Positions 47,485-58,076 of a DNA stretch of 64,000 bases are shown piece by piece (position 1 is the first letter of the stretch; the number at the start of each line of letters is the position of its first letter). The notes below the pieces were generated by a model. That model was not told where the DNA came from, made no database searches, and was given only the letters and a program-made list of their open reading frames with translations. The translations under genes and the position numbers were made by a program. Source of the stretch: Sulfurovum sp. (GTDB lineage Bacteria > Campylobacterota > Campylobacteria > Campylobacterales > Sulfurovaceae); contig JAJPEU010000007.1 of assembly GCA_021166685.1 (NCBI GenBank), positions 120,212-184,211 of the forward strand, written 5' to 3'.

Positions 47485-47715
47485 TTACTGAGCATCTTTA
47501 AAAGCAAAATTTGCATTCTCTTTGCTAATCATCTTTACATTGTCCAAGCTGCCGGTGATAGGTGTCGGATCATAATATTTTGCTGCAGAAGTTTGCTGCA
47601 CATTAATACTCCACGCCGTTAAAAGCACAAGAATACCAATCAAAAGCAAAGTTGCCACCAACATCCCTGTTATTCCGTGAAGACTAAATAAGCTTCTACT
47701 TGTATTATCTGCCAT
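47485..47715 (-). CDS. small single-TM protein (DUF4006-like, as found after ccoP in Campylobacterota)
   Basis: 76 aa with TM helix GMLVATLLLIGILVLLTAW. The family name is from recollection only. Confidence 0.45.
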   Translation of the reverse strand: MADNTSRSLFSLHGITGMLVATLLLIGILVLLTAWSINVQQTSAAKYYDPTPITGSLDNVKMISKENANFAFKDAQ

Positions 47716-47725
47716 CTTTAACTCC

Positions 47726-48613
47726 TTAGTTTGATAGCGACTGAATATATACAGCCAATGCTTTTTCTTGGACTGGTGTCAACATCGTTTTAAAAGACGG
47801 CATTTTACCGATTTGACCTTTTTTCCCATGCTGAAGCGCATGCGACACAACAGCTTCATCGTAGGCCACAAGACTAGGTGACATTCCGTTATTTCCCTGA
47901 CCATCGGCACCATGACAACTTGCACATGCTGCAAAAGCAGCAGGCTGCTCACTTTTCATTCCTCCTGCAATATATTCAGCAATTGCTTCCGCATCTTCTC
48001 CTTGGGCCATCATAGGAGGCATTGCACCCATTTCATAACCCAGTTGATCTGCACCGTTTTCAATCGTATAAAGAATTTGCTCTTTGCTCATTCTGGTGCC
48101 AAAATCTTGCGCTTTGCCTGAAAGGCCATCACCTGTTTCCCCATGACATGGAGCGCATTGCACCAAAAATACCGATTCGCCCATTTGCTGCAGCGTTTCA
48201 AGATCTGCATTTTTATGTGTTTCTTCAAATTTTGCATTGTATGCTTTTACCTCTTCATTCCACATGCCGATCTGGCTGAAAGCATTCAGCGGATACCCTG
48301 CCGTCCAATACCACATCGCCCATATCAGTGTACCTAAAAACGAGTACGCCCAACCGCTTGGAAGTTCATTTTTATACTCACCGATACCATCCCAGTTTTC
48401 TTCGGCAAGCTCACCCTCTGCCTTGTCTGTTTTCATCTGATTAATATATTTGGCTGCTACTCCAAACGTAAGTACGGCAATGGCGACAGCACCAAGCATT
48501 GTAATCATATTGATCGGATCGCTTAAATCGATATTCATTTGCTTGACAACAACCAATGTAGCAATGATGAGTACCGCTGCAAAAGCTAATGCCTTTATCA
48601 TTAACGCATTCAT
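47726..48613 (-). CDS. ccoP: cbb3-type cytochrome c oxidase subunit III (dihaem)
   Basis: N-terminal TM segments and two CxxCH sites (CAPCHG, CASCHG). Confidence 0.9.
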   Translation of the reverse strand: MNALMIKALAFAAVLIIATLVVVKQMNIDLSDPINMITMLGAVAIAVLTFGVAAKYINQMKTDKAEGELAEENWDGIGEYKNELPSGWAYSFLGTLIWAMWYWTAGYPLNAFSQIGMWNEEVKAYNAKFEETHKNADLETLQQMGESVFLVQCAPCHGETGDGLSGKAQDFGTRMSKEQILYTIENGADQLGYEMGAMPPMMAQGEDAEAIAEYIAGGMKSEQPAAFAACASCHGADGQGNNGMSPSLVAYDEAVVSHALQHGKKGQIGKMPSFKTMLTPVQEKALAVYIQSLSN

Positions 48614-48828
48614 TTATTTAGCTCCTTCTTTTCGCTCTGGCTTTTAGGATTATGCTCTATAGGTGTACTGGTAATCTCGTCATCAAGCGCAATATTTCCA
48701 TATTTTTCATAATCTTTTTCGCCCTTTTTTTCGCTTTTATATAAGTATACGATATACGAATATAATATCACCACAAGAAAAATGGTCATAAAGAAACTGG
48801 CATAGCCCTGAAGTTCTCTAATATCCAT
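48610..48828 (-). CDS. ccoQ: cbb3-type cytochrome c oxidase subunit IV
   Basis: 72-aa single-TM protein between ccoO and ccoP. 4-nt overlap with ccoP. Confidence 0.7.
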   Translation of the reverse strand: MDIRELQGYASFFMTIFLVVILYSYIVYLYKSEKKGEKDYEKYGNIALDDEITSTPIEHNPKSQSEKKELNK

Positions 48829-48837
48829 CTTGTCTCA

Positions 48838-49503
48838 CTATTTCAATCTATTAAGATAGGCAATCATTGCAACAATTTCAGGAATTTGTCCATTTGCTAC
48901 AGCCTCTTTCACATCTTTGTTTTTCATATCGTCTGCAATGGCTTTTGCTTCTGCCAATACAGTTGGCCTATATGCTTCCCAAGCTTCTTTCGTAGGCTGA
49001 AATTCATCCCCGTATGGTGTTCCGAAAATGTTTTTAACCGTGACTGCTTCAGCATAGGCTGTTTCTATATCTGCAATATTTGTAAACTGATGCTTATATG
49101 CCGGCATAATAGACTGCGGTACCACTGATTTTGGATCCCACATATGATTTTCATGCCAATCAGTTGTTCTGTAATTTCCTACACGGTGAAGATCCGGACC
49201 GGTTCTTTTGGAGCCCCAAAGAAAAGGTCTGTCATAAGCATACTCCCCGGAAAGTGAATACTGGCCATATCTATCAGTTTCCGCCTTAAACGGGCGTATA
49301 AGTTGCGAGTGACATGCAATACAATGGTCTTTTTTATAAATATTTTTACCTGCAAGCTCAAGCACTGTATAAGGTTTGAGTCCTACTACCGGCCTTGATG
49401 CTTCGGCAAAGTTTGGCAAAATCTCAATGAGACCTGCAAAAGCAATAACAACAAATACTCCTACAGCAAAGAAGAATGGATTTTTTTCTAACCAATGAAA
49501 CAT
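48838..49503 (-). CDS. ccoO: cbb3-type cytochrome c oxidase subunit II (monohaem)
   Basis: N-terminal TM, CIACHSQ haem site, and the GPDLHRVGNYRTTDWH motif. Confidence 0.92.
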   Translation of the reverse strand: MFHWLEKNPFFFAVGVFVVIAFAGLIEILPNFAEASRPVVGLKPYTVLELAGKNIYKKDHCIACHSQLIRPFKAETDRYGQYSLSGEYAYDRPFLWGSKRTGPDLHRVGNYRTTDWHENHMWDPKSVVPQSIMPAYKHQFTNIADIETAYAEAVTVKNIFGTPYGDEFQPTKEAWEAYRPTVLAEAKAIADDMKNKDVKEAVANGQIPEIVAMIAYLNRLK

Positions 49504-49517
49504 AATAACCTACCTCC

Positions 49518-50984
49518 TTATGCCATAGGGCTTCTAAATTGTGGTTCAACTTCGAGTTTTCTGGAAATTGTCATCGTTTTGTACATGTTGTATGCAAACA
49601 TCAAAAAGCCTGTTAGATAAAGGACTCCGGCAAGTGCTCTAATTGTATAATACGGATTAAGCACTGCTACAGTATCAATAAAGCTATACATCAAATTGCC
49701 ATACTCATCTACTGCTCTCCACATCATGCCTTGCGTAATACCTGCTATCCACATAGAGGTAAAATAAAGAACAACAGCTGTTATTTGAAGCCAAAATTGT
49801 GCTTCCATTAATTTTTTAGAGTAAATCTCTCTTTTGTACATTCTTGGCGCCATATGGAAAAGACTGGCCATAATCATAAATGCAACCCATCCAAGCACGC
49901 CGTCATGTACATGTCCTGGAATCCAGTCTGTAAAGTGTGCGATTGCATTAACTGATTTTATCGCCTGAATCGGTCCTTCAAGCGTTGATAGCATATAGAA
50001 TGTTGATGCTAAAACCATAAATTTGATCAATGGATTTTCAGTGAGCTGATTCCACTCTCCTTTCATTGTAAGAAGCATATTGATCGCACTTCCCCATGAG
50101 GGCAAAATTAATACGACAGAAAAAATAGATCCCATAGACTGCATCCAGTCCGGAACCGTTGACCAAAGGAGATGATGAGAGCCTGCCCATAGATAGACAA
50201 ACATCAATCCCCAAAAAGAAAGCAAAGACAATTTATAAGAATAAATTGCCTGTCCCGATTCTTTTGGAAGAAAATAATAAATCATAGCAATGATTGGCAC
50301 TGTAAAAACAAATGCCACAGCATTATGCCCCCACCACCATTGAACCAATGCATCATTCGTTCCTGCATACATGGAAACCGAATGCATGATATTTCCTAAG
50401 CCTCCGGATGCAAGATATGTAGGCACTTCCATATTGTTAAAAAGATAAAGCATCGCAACGCCCAAGAAACAAGCAATAAAATACCAAAGTGAAATATAGA
50501 GTGATTTTTCTCTTCTTATTCCAATAAGGCCAAACATTGCCACACCCCAAAGCACCCACACCAATACAGTAAGGACATCAAGAGGCCATTCCATTTCTGC
50601 ATACTCTTTGGATGAACTAAACCCCATTAAGAGTGAAACAACCATGGCCAATGCCAAAATAACATAAAGTACAAACTGTAACTTTCCGACAAACATCAAA
50701 AATTTAGACTCTGCCATAGAAACTTTTAGTACTCTTTGCGCTGAATAGTAAAAAGTAGCAAAAACACCGCTTACCGTGAATCCATAAACCACTATATTTG
50801 TGTGAAGCGGTCTTAACCTTGAAAATGTCCCATATTCACCCATAAGATAATTCAATTCCGGAAAGGCTAATTGTGCCGCAATAAGCGTACCAATCAACAT
50901 CCCTAGAAATCCAAACAAAATTGTTGTATAGGTAAACAATTTTGCTACTGAATAATCATATTCCAATGCTGCGTTCGACTGCAT
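49518..50984 (-). CDS. ccoN: cbb3-type cytochrome c oxidase subunit I
   Basis: 12-TM haem-copper oxidase with conserved His contexts (WWWGHNAV, AGSHHLLW, IPGHVHDG). GGGGG SD 6 nt upstream. Confidence 0.95.
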   Translation of the reverse strand: MQSNAALEYDYSVAKLFTYTTILFGFLGMLIGTLIAAQLAFPELNYLMGEYGTFSRLRPLHTNIVVYGFTVSGVFATFYYSAQRVLKVSMAESKFLMFVGKLQFVLYVILALAMVVSLLMGFSSSKEYAEMEWPLDVLTVLVWVLWGVAMFGLIGIRREKSLYISLWYFIACFLGVAMLYLFNNMEVPTYLASGGLGNIMHSVSMYAGTNDALVQWWWGHNAVAFVFTVPIIAMIYYFLPKESGQAIYSYKLSLLSFWGLMFVYLWAGSHHLLWSTVPDWMQSMGSIFSVVLILPSWGSAINMLLTMKGEWNQLTENPLIKFMVLASTFYMLSTLEGPIQAIKSVNAIAHFTDWIPGHVHDGVLGWVAFMIMASLFHMAPRMYKREIYSKKLMEAQFWLQITAVVLYFTSMWIAGITQGMMWRAVDEYGNLMYSFIDTVAVLNPYYTIRALAGVLYLTGFLMFAYNMYKTMTISRKLEVEPQFRSPMA

Positions 50985-51009
50985 ACATATCCCCCTTTTT
51001 AAATTTTAT

Positions 51010-51055
51010 GTTAATAATTTTTGGCTCAAGATAAAAATTATTAACATCCATTATA
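51010..51055 (-). promoter_or_regulatory. candidate ccoN promoter -10 box plus a perfect 13-bp inverted repeat at the predicted transcript 5' end
   Basis: Minus-strand TATAAT at 51055..51050. GTTAATAATTTTT (51010-51022) and AAAAATTATTAAC (51033-51045) are exact reverse complements separated by 10 nt, 26-61 nt upstream of the ccoN ATG. Confidence 0.4.
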
Positions 51056-51119
51056 TTTTAATCTTTTTTTATAGATACAATGCTTAAAAATATAACTAAA
51101 ATTGCTATTTGCCTCATAA

Positions 51120-51139
51120 TGCTACAATAATTTGTAGCA
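51120..51139. promoter_or_regulatory. 8+8 palindrome upstream of the ccoN promoter (candidate transcription factor site)
   Basis: TGCTACAA-TAAT-TTGTAGCA is a perfect dyad. Its centre is about 85 nt upstream of the predicted TSS. Confidence 0.3.
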
Positions 51140-51361
51140 AATCACTTTCTGGGGTTCAATAGAATAATTTAATCTTATTTAATTTATTGATTTTGTTAAT
51201 TTTTGAGATTTGCAAAATAGCCGGCACAGAGTAAATCTTATTTTAAATAAATAACGAAAAAATAGATCAGCGCCAAGGCTTTCTGTCTTGGATAAAAGAT
51301 TTACAATCAACTTTCAAGACCCGGTACACAAATGATAGACGATGATGAAGCAAGGAAAAAA

Positions 51362-52405
51362 TTATGCTTTTCCTTTGGCGCTTTGGATAGAGTGGATATA
51401 TTGATAATCAACTGTAATATGTTTTTCTTTCGGCAAATGCGAAGCAAGTCTATAAATCATCTCTTCAAAATCTTCAAAAAGATAGTTGGCCATCGATCCG
51501 GGTATAGGGTTGATCTCATTGAGATATACTTCATCTTCAATCACAAAAAAGTCGCAGCGAATTACAGCTCCTCCAAAAAGCGGATGATAAATTTTCTTGA
51601 AATTTTCTTGTATCTTTGTTTTGAGTGCATCATTCATATCTGCAGCAAGCACTTGTGAATCTCTTGAAAAGTCCATATACTTTTTCTCAAAATCCAAAAA
51701 TTCTTCTTTGTGGGGTTCTTCTACGATCGAAAGTTCCCAGTCATTCGTATAACATCCTGCTTGATTAAACTCTTTTACGCCGACAATAAACGGTTCCACA
51801 ATAACATCTGTATCAAACTCAAATGCCACATCCAATGCATAATCAAGTTCTGATTCATTTTTTACGATACTCACACCGATACTGCTGCCAAGACGTACAG
51901 GCTTGATGATAACCGGATAGGGGGTAGTTATTTTTCTTTCATCTGTTTTTGAAAGATATTCATAGGGTACAGTTTTAACCCCAAGGCTTTCTGCAAAGAA
52001 CTTGGTATAGAGCTTGTTGTAGCTCAATACTGAGGCTTCAAGGCGCGGAGAAATAAACGGGATACTGAAAAAAGTCATCAAGGAAGCCATTTTTCCATCT
52101 TCTCCGTCTCTGCCGTGAATCAGATTTAATGCCACATCAAAAGTGACTGGTTTGGCGCCAAACCATCCGTCGATAAAAAATCCGCCTTTTTTAAGTGTAA
52201 TCTGTTTACATTTTTTGTAATCGCCTGAAGAAAAAAGTTTTGAGGTCATATCCTTGACATCTATAAGATAAAATTGGCGGTCACTGCTTACAAAAATAAA
52301 TAGCAAGTTGCTTTTTTTAAAAACCTTTTTCATCGTGATCGTGCTCACGATACTGATCTCATGCTCATAACTTGATCCGCCGAACAAAATAGCAATATTC
52401 ATCAA
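51362..52405 (-). CDS. ddl: D-alanine--D-alanine ligase
   Basis: ATP-grasp pattern (FGGSSYEHEISIVS, LIHGRDGEDG, NEINPIPGS). Confidence 0.9.
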   Translation of the reverse strand: MMNIAILFGGSSYEHEISIVSTITMKKVFKKSNLLFIFVSSDRQFYLIDVKDMTSKLFSSGDYKKCKQITLKKGGFFIDGWFGAKPVTFDVALNLIHGRDGEDGKMASLMTFFSIPFISPRLEASVLSYNKLYTKFFAESLGVKTVPYEYLSKTDERKITTPYPVIIKPVRLGSSIGVSIVKNESELDYALDVAFEFDTDVIVEPFIVGVKEFNQAGCYTNDWELSIVEEPHKEEFLDFEKKYMDFSRDSQVLAADMNDALKTKIQENFKKIYHPLFGGAVIRCDFFVIEDEVYLNEINPIPGSMANYLFEDFEEMIYRLASHLPKEKHITVDYQYIHSIQSAKGKA

Positions 52406-52411
52406 TGTTCC

Positions 52412-53530
52412 TTATAGCATTTTTGCAAATTCACTAAACACATAGGCACTCTCATGAGGTCCGGGGCTTGCCTCAGGGTGATGCTGTACAGACATCGTAG
52501 GTGAATCATTATAGCGAAGCCCCTCTATGGTATTGTCAAAAAGATTTATGTGTGTAACCGATGCCACTTCAATAATATTTTCAGGGACATTATAATTATG
52601 GTTCTGGGCTGTGATTTCCACTCTTCCTGTAACCACATTTTTTACAGGATGATTTCCTCCATGGTGCCCAAACGGTAACTTGAACGTATCGTATCCATGC
52701 GCAATAGAAAGCAGCTGATGTCCCAGGCAAATACCAAAAAGAGGCACTTTGGCTGCAATGAGTTTCCTGATCTTTTCATGTTCTTCTTTTAAAATCAGCG
52801 GATCACCCGGACCGTTGGAAAGGAATACGCCATCAACTCTTTTGTTCTTAAATTGTTCAATAATCTCTTCAGCGCTCATAGCATTGGGCACCACTGTAAC
52901 TTCCATGCCCGCATGAGTCAACTCATTGAGAATATTTCTTTTGATGCCAAAATCCAAAGCAATGACTTTTTTGGTTGTTTGCGGGATATCATAATCAAAT
53001 TTTTCGATATTATAGCGCGCCTCTTTATGAACATAAGATTCTTTAGTGCTTACTTGTTCAATATAGTTGATTTCTTCAATGCGAGGCGTGCTGGCCAATA
53101 CATTTTTAAGCTCATCTTTGTCATGAATTTCAGTAGAGGCAACCATCATCATTGCACCTTCTTGGCGCAATACTTTAGTAATATAACGCGTATCAACCTG
53201 CGTAATGCCAAGAACACCATGCTTTTTAAGCAGCATATCCAAAGATTCCTCGGATCTGAAATTTGAAGGTCTGTCTTGGTAAGAACGTACGATAACACCT
53301 GCACAAAATGCCTGCTTGCTTTCCATATCCTGTGCATTGCAACCTACATTTCCTATCTCCGGCATCGTAAACGTCACAAACTGTCCGGCATAAGAAGGAT
53401 CTGTTGTGATTTCCTGATATCCGGTCAAAGAAGTATTAAAAACACATTCCCCGACCGACGTACCCTCTGCCCCAAAACTTTTACCTTCCAGAAGCAATCC
53501 ATTCTCAAAATAAAGCGACACTCTTTTCAT
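52412..53530 (-). CDS. carA: carbamoyl-phosphate synthase small (glutamine amidotransferase) subunit
   Basis: GICLGHQLL catalytic Cys and a QHHPE-type His/Glu. The ATG at 53530 has AAGGAAG upstream. Confidence 0.92.
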   Translation of the reverse strand: MKRVSLYFENGLLLEGKSFGAEGTSVGECVFNTSLTGYQEITTDPSYAGQFVTFTMPEIGNVGCNAQDMESKQAFCAGVIVRSYQDRPSNFRSEESLDMLLKKHGVLGITQVDTRYITKVLRQEGAMMMVASTEIHDKDELKNVLASTPRIEEINYIEQVSTKESYVHKEARYNIEKFDYDIPQTTKKVIALDFGIKRNILNELTHAGMEVTVVPNAMSAEEIIEQFKNKRVDGVFLSNGPGDPLILKEEHEKIRKLIAAKVPLFGICLGHQLLSIAHGYDTFKLPFGHHGGNHPVKNVVTGRVEITAQNHNYNVPENIIEVASVTHINLFDNTIEGLRYNDSPTMSVQHHPEASPGPHESAYVFSEFAKML

Positions 53531-53563
53531 CACACTTCCTTTTTCATTCTTCATACTCAATGC

Positions 53564-54118
53564 TTAAAGCATTCCTCTTTTTATAAGTTCTTCCTGATAA
53601 AGTCTCTCATAAAGCAATTCATAGTCCTGAGAACCAGGGATTGTTTCTTTTTTCATATTTTTAATCTTGTTGTAGACGATATCATCTATCTCTTCGTAAG
53701 CATTTGCATACGTCTTAAAAGATTTAAAAATGATATTTTTTACTTGATTTTCACTTACATCATATTCTGCCAGATAATTCTCATACAGCTCATCCAAAAT
53801 TTGATGAGAAAGATCATTATATCTATCATCATAGTTCATTATCACCCCAAATTCAGGTGCCATTTTCTTTTTGATCATAAAAAAGAGTTGTCTTTCGTCT
53901 GCATGCTGAAACTCTATCTCGCCGCTATTGACATCAAGTATCTCTTTGACTTTAGCATCCAGTGCCTGTTCTTTTTTCAAATTTTCATCAATGATTGCTT
54001 TACACGCTTCTACGACGGCTTCTCTTCCCTTGGGCAGTTTGACAAAAGGAGCATTGGCCAGATCGATCCCGATTTTGGTTGCTACATATCCTGTTTGTTG
54101 TGGTTTAAGTCTCATCAT
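53564..54118 (-). CDS. DUF507-like conserved hypothetical protein
   Basis: 184-aa acidic helical protein. The family assignment is from recollection of DUF507 proteins in Aquificae and Campylobacterota. Confidence 0.45.
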   Translation of the reverse strand: MMRLKPQQTGYVATKIGIDLANAPFVKLPKGREAVVEACKAIIDENLKKEQALDAKVKEILDVNSGEIEFQHADERQLFFMIKKKMAPEFGVIMNYDDRYNDLSHQILDELYENYLAEYDVSENQVKNIIFKSFKTYANAYEEIDDIVYNKIKNMKKETIPGSQDYELLYERLYQEELIKRGML

Positions 54119-54152
54119 TGCATCCTTTTTAAATTGTTCTTTACCTCAAATA

Positions 54153-55409
<1,257 letters not shown>

Positions 55410-56264
55410 TTACTCCCTGCTCATTTTTTCCATTTTATATGTGATACACTCATCTGTGTAAAGCGCGAATCCTGCTGCCTCTACATTGTCAATCGTATAA
55501 ATACCGCCTGTAGCCAAAAGTTCATTCCCTTCAAACATTCTAAATGTTAAAGAATCATAATATCTCAATTTTGCATAAAAAAGCGGGGAAATTACCATCG
55601 TTGAATCATTTATTTTTTGTGCAGCTGTTTTTATCTTTTCTAATTCTACTCTAATATCTTTAGGAAAAGCGCTTAAGTCTTTAAGATCATCCACACTGTT
55701 GATGCCTACCAATGATTCCATCCAGGGCATATTTGCACAGAGAATCTGCTCTATGTGCATTGATTTTAACACTTCAAGAGAAATGCCGTATTTTTCATTG
55801 AGCAGATGAGGAATACGAATATTGGATATTTGGATAATAGGTTTGATATCAAGTTTTTTTAAAAGTGCAGCCGTTATTTGTGCCACTTCTTCAAAACTGC
55901 CGTCTATGATTTCGGCTCCAATCTGATACTGCTCTTTTGTCGGATAAGCAACGGTGGGCTGGATATAAAACCATTTTTTTGACTCCATGCTTCGTCCCAG
56001 TCTTTTGGTTACGATACGCACAACATCTGCTGTGGAATCTGCCCGCAAGGTTACCTCATGATTACTCTCGTCATTAAGACGCACAAGCGTATTGCTCTTT
56101 TCAAAAGATTCATGCTGATGGTAAGAAAAAATCGGGGTAACAATCTCTTCGAAGCCAAGTGCCGCCAATACACCGCTTGCACTATTTTCAATCTCTCTTT
56201 TGAGCTTTGCACTCTTCCCGAAATAAAGCCGGCTGCCGCTAGGAATTTCATGTTCAAATATCAT
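55410..56264 (-). CDS. hisZ: ATP phosphoribosyltransferase regulatory subunit
   Basis: The MIFEHEIPSGSRLYFG start and a HisRS-like core without an anticodon domain are typical of HisZ. Confidence 0.8.
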   Translation of the reverse strand: MIFEHEIPSGSRLYFGKSAKLKREIENSASGVLAALGFEEIVTPIFSYHQHESFEKSNTLVRLNDESNHEVTLRADSTADVVRIVTKRLGRSMESKKWFYIQPTVAYPTKEQYQIGAEIIDGSFEEVAQITAALLKKLDIKPIIQISNIRIPHLLNEKYGISLEVLKSMHIEQILCANMPWMESLVGINSVDDLKDLSAFPKDIRVELEKIKTAAQKINDSTMVISPLFYAKLRYYDSLTFRMFEGNELLATGGIYTIDNVEAAGFALYTDECITYKMEKMSRE

Positions 56265-56270
56265 CGGGGG

Positions 56271-57374
56271 CTATGCCTTAAAATAGGTTTCATTAAACAT
56301 GCGGTTGGCTGCGCCGTCAAATGCTCTTCTTCCAAGCTCATCCAGTGCCAGCTCTATTGCATTAACCACCCATGCGGACTCATATACGGGTATAAGCCCC
56401 ATTTGATTGATGCGGAAAATTTTTCCCTTAAGATGATCTTGGCCGCCGGCTATGTTCACGCCGTACTTTGTTTTAAGAAGTTTTCGTATCGCTTCGGCAT
56501 CCTCATCCAATACGGTACTCATGCAAAGCGCAGGTATTTTTGGATACATGGCAAAACCTATCGCTTCAAGCGCAGCCTGGGTTGCTTTTGCCCGTTTTGC
56601 GGTGACCTCATACAGCGCGTCAATTCCTTCTTTGTCGATTTCATCAAAAATTGCATTCAGCCCGATAATCAACGTGGTCGCCGCTGTCCATGCCGTTGTA
56701 TTTTTCTGCTGGTTTTTGATTTCGATGGCTAGATTGAAATAATAATCTTTTCCTTTGCCTATTTTCTCTACTGCTTTATTTGAAAGGCCTATCATTGCAA
56801 GTCCGGGAGGGAGCATCAACGCTTTTTGACTTCCTGTAACCAGGGCATCAATATGCGATACATCAATCTTTTCCACCCCCACAGCCGTAATACCGTCTGC
56901 TATGATCATAATTTGGGGATTGATCTCCTTGGCGCGTTTGGCTATCGCTTCGACAGGATGCCTTAATCCTCCTGCACTTTCGCATACTTGGATAAAAATC
57001 GCATCAATATCTTTATTTTCATGTAAAACTTTTTCTACATCTGCCACGGTTGCCGGAGTATCCCACTCATAGCAAAGCTCTATCTTCTCTGTGCCCATTG
57101 CATCTGCAATTTTTCCAAAACGCTCGCCAAATTTGCCTGCATTGATTGTCAATGCTTTTTTTTCACACAGGTTGATCATGCATGCCTGCATTGCTCCCGT
57201 TCCTGAGCTGGCAACCATCACACATTCGTCCATGCCCAATAAGGACAATAAACGTTCGCGCGCTTCTTTAAAAATAGCTTCAAACTCTGGCGTTCTATGG
57301 TGCAATGTAGGTGTCGCCATCGCTTGGCGTACAAATTCGGGTACAGGAGTTGGTCCGGGAGTAAAAAGTAACAT
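56271..57374 (-). CDS. class V PLP aminotransferase (serine-pyruvate / phosphoserine aminotransferase-like)
   Basis: MLLFTPGPTPVP start and the VTGSQKALMLPPG PLP-lysine region. Confidence 0.85.
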   Translation of the reverse strand: MLLFTPGPTPVPEFVRQAMATPTLHHRTPEFEAIFKEARERLLSLLGMDECVMVASSGTGAMQACMINLCEKKALTINAGKFGERFGKIADAMGTEKIELCYEWDTPATVADVEKVLHENKDIDAIFIQVCESAGGLRHPVEAIAKRAKEINPQIMIIADGITAVGVEKIDVSHIDALVTGSQKALMLPPGLAMIGLSNKAVEKIGKGKDYYFNLAIEIKNQQKNTTAWTAATTLIIGLNAIFDEIDKEGIDALYEVTAKRAKATQAALEAIGFAMYPKIPALCMSTVLDEDAEAIRKLLKTKYGVNIAGGQDHLKGKIFRINQMGLIPVYESAWVVNAIELALDELGRRAFDGAANRMFNETYFKA

Positions 57375-57439
57375 AACGATCCTCTAATTTCAGTTTATAT
57401 GATTACATAATTAGCGGCGATTATATCTAAAATGAGGTT

Positions 57440-57466
57440 AGAGGAGGGTAAGAAATTCTCTCCTCT
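57440..57466 (-). terminator. hairpin downstream of the yceI-like gene
   Basis: AGAGGAG-N13-CTCCTCT, starting 9 nt after the stop. On the minus strand it is followed by AACCTCATTTTAG. Confidence 0.35.
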
Positions 57467-57474
57467 TGTTTGAT

Positions 57475-58008
57475 TTATTGATACGCAACAGAAAATTCAA
57501 TTGCTACATCCTGCCATGTTTTTCCCTCATGAAGATCATAGCATGCTTTATTAATCCCTTCAAGAGAAGGAATCATTTTAAAATCTGCCAAATCAATATA
57601 TCCGCTTGCCTGAACAAACTTATCATTTACTTTATATTGCATAGGCACTTCAATGCTTTGATGATTCATTGTGATTTTAACCACAAGCACAGCCTCTTTG
57701 GCGGAGACAATTTGTGCTTCTATGAGAGCATTGGATTGCACATTAAAAAATGCGTTGACAAGTTTCTCGTCCCGCTCTTTATGGGCACTGTTGACACTGC
57801 CGGTCTTGATGTTTGCCTTAAGCCCTTCGAGCATCTCATTTACATTCTTTGCCTCTTTTTTACCCGAAAGTTCAATCGCATCAAACCCTCCGGATACACC
57901 TATCTTCGAGAGAGTTTTAAATGCTGTAAATTTCACGCTTACGTTTGTTGGTTCATACGCAAATAAAACTGCGCCTGCCATCATAAATACTATTATCATT
58001 TTTTTCAT
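57475..58008 (-). CDS. YceI-family periplasmic protein
   Basis: Signal peptide and the KFTAFKT..GVSGGF pattern typical of the YceI lipocalin-like fold. Confidence 0.8.
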   Translation of the reverse strand: MKKMIIVFMMAGAVLFAYEPTNVSVKFTAFKTLSKIGVSGGFDAIELSGKKEAKNVNEMLEGLKANIKTGSVNSAHKERDEKLVNAFFNVQSNALIEAQIVSAKEAVLVVKITMNHQSIEVPMQYKVNDKFVQASGYIDLADFKMIPSLEGINKACYDLHEGKTWQDVAIEFSVAYQ

Positions 58009-58076
58009 TTTTTATCCTTTTAGATTTATTTATAACTATTTTACTCTTTTTAAATAAAAAAAACAAATTTTTTAGA

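Noticed and set aside
56058-56732. 224-aa plus-strand ORF (with similar cases at 9077-9643, 57466-57966, 16953-17456 and 42974-43420)
   Set aside because: All are antisense to well-supported minus-strand genes (hisZ/aminotransferase, the fdhF-like gene, yceI, the fccB-like gene, addA). They have no recognisable motifs or ribosome-binding sites.
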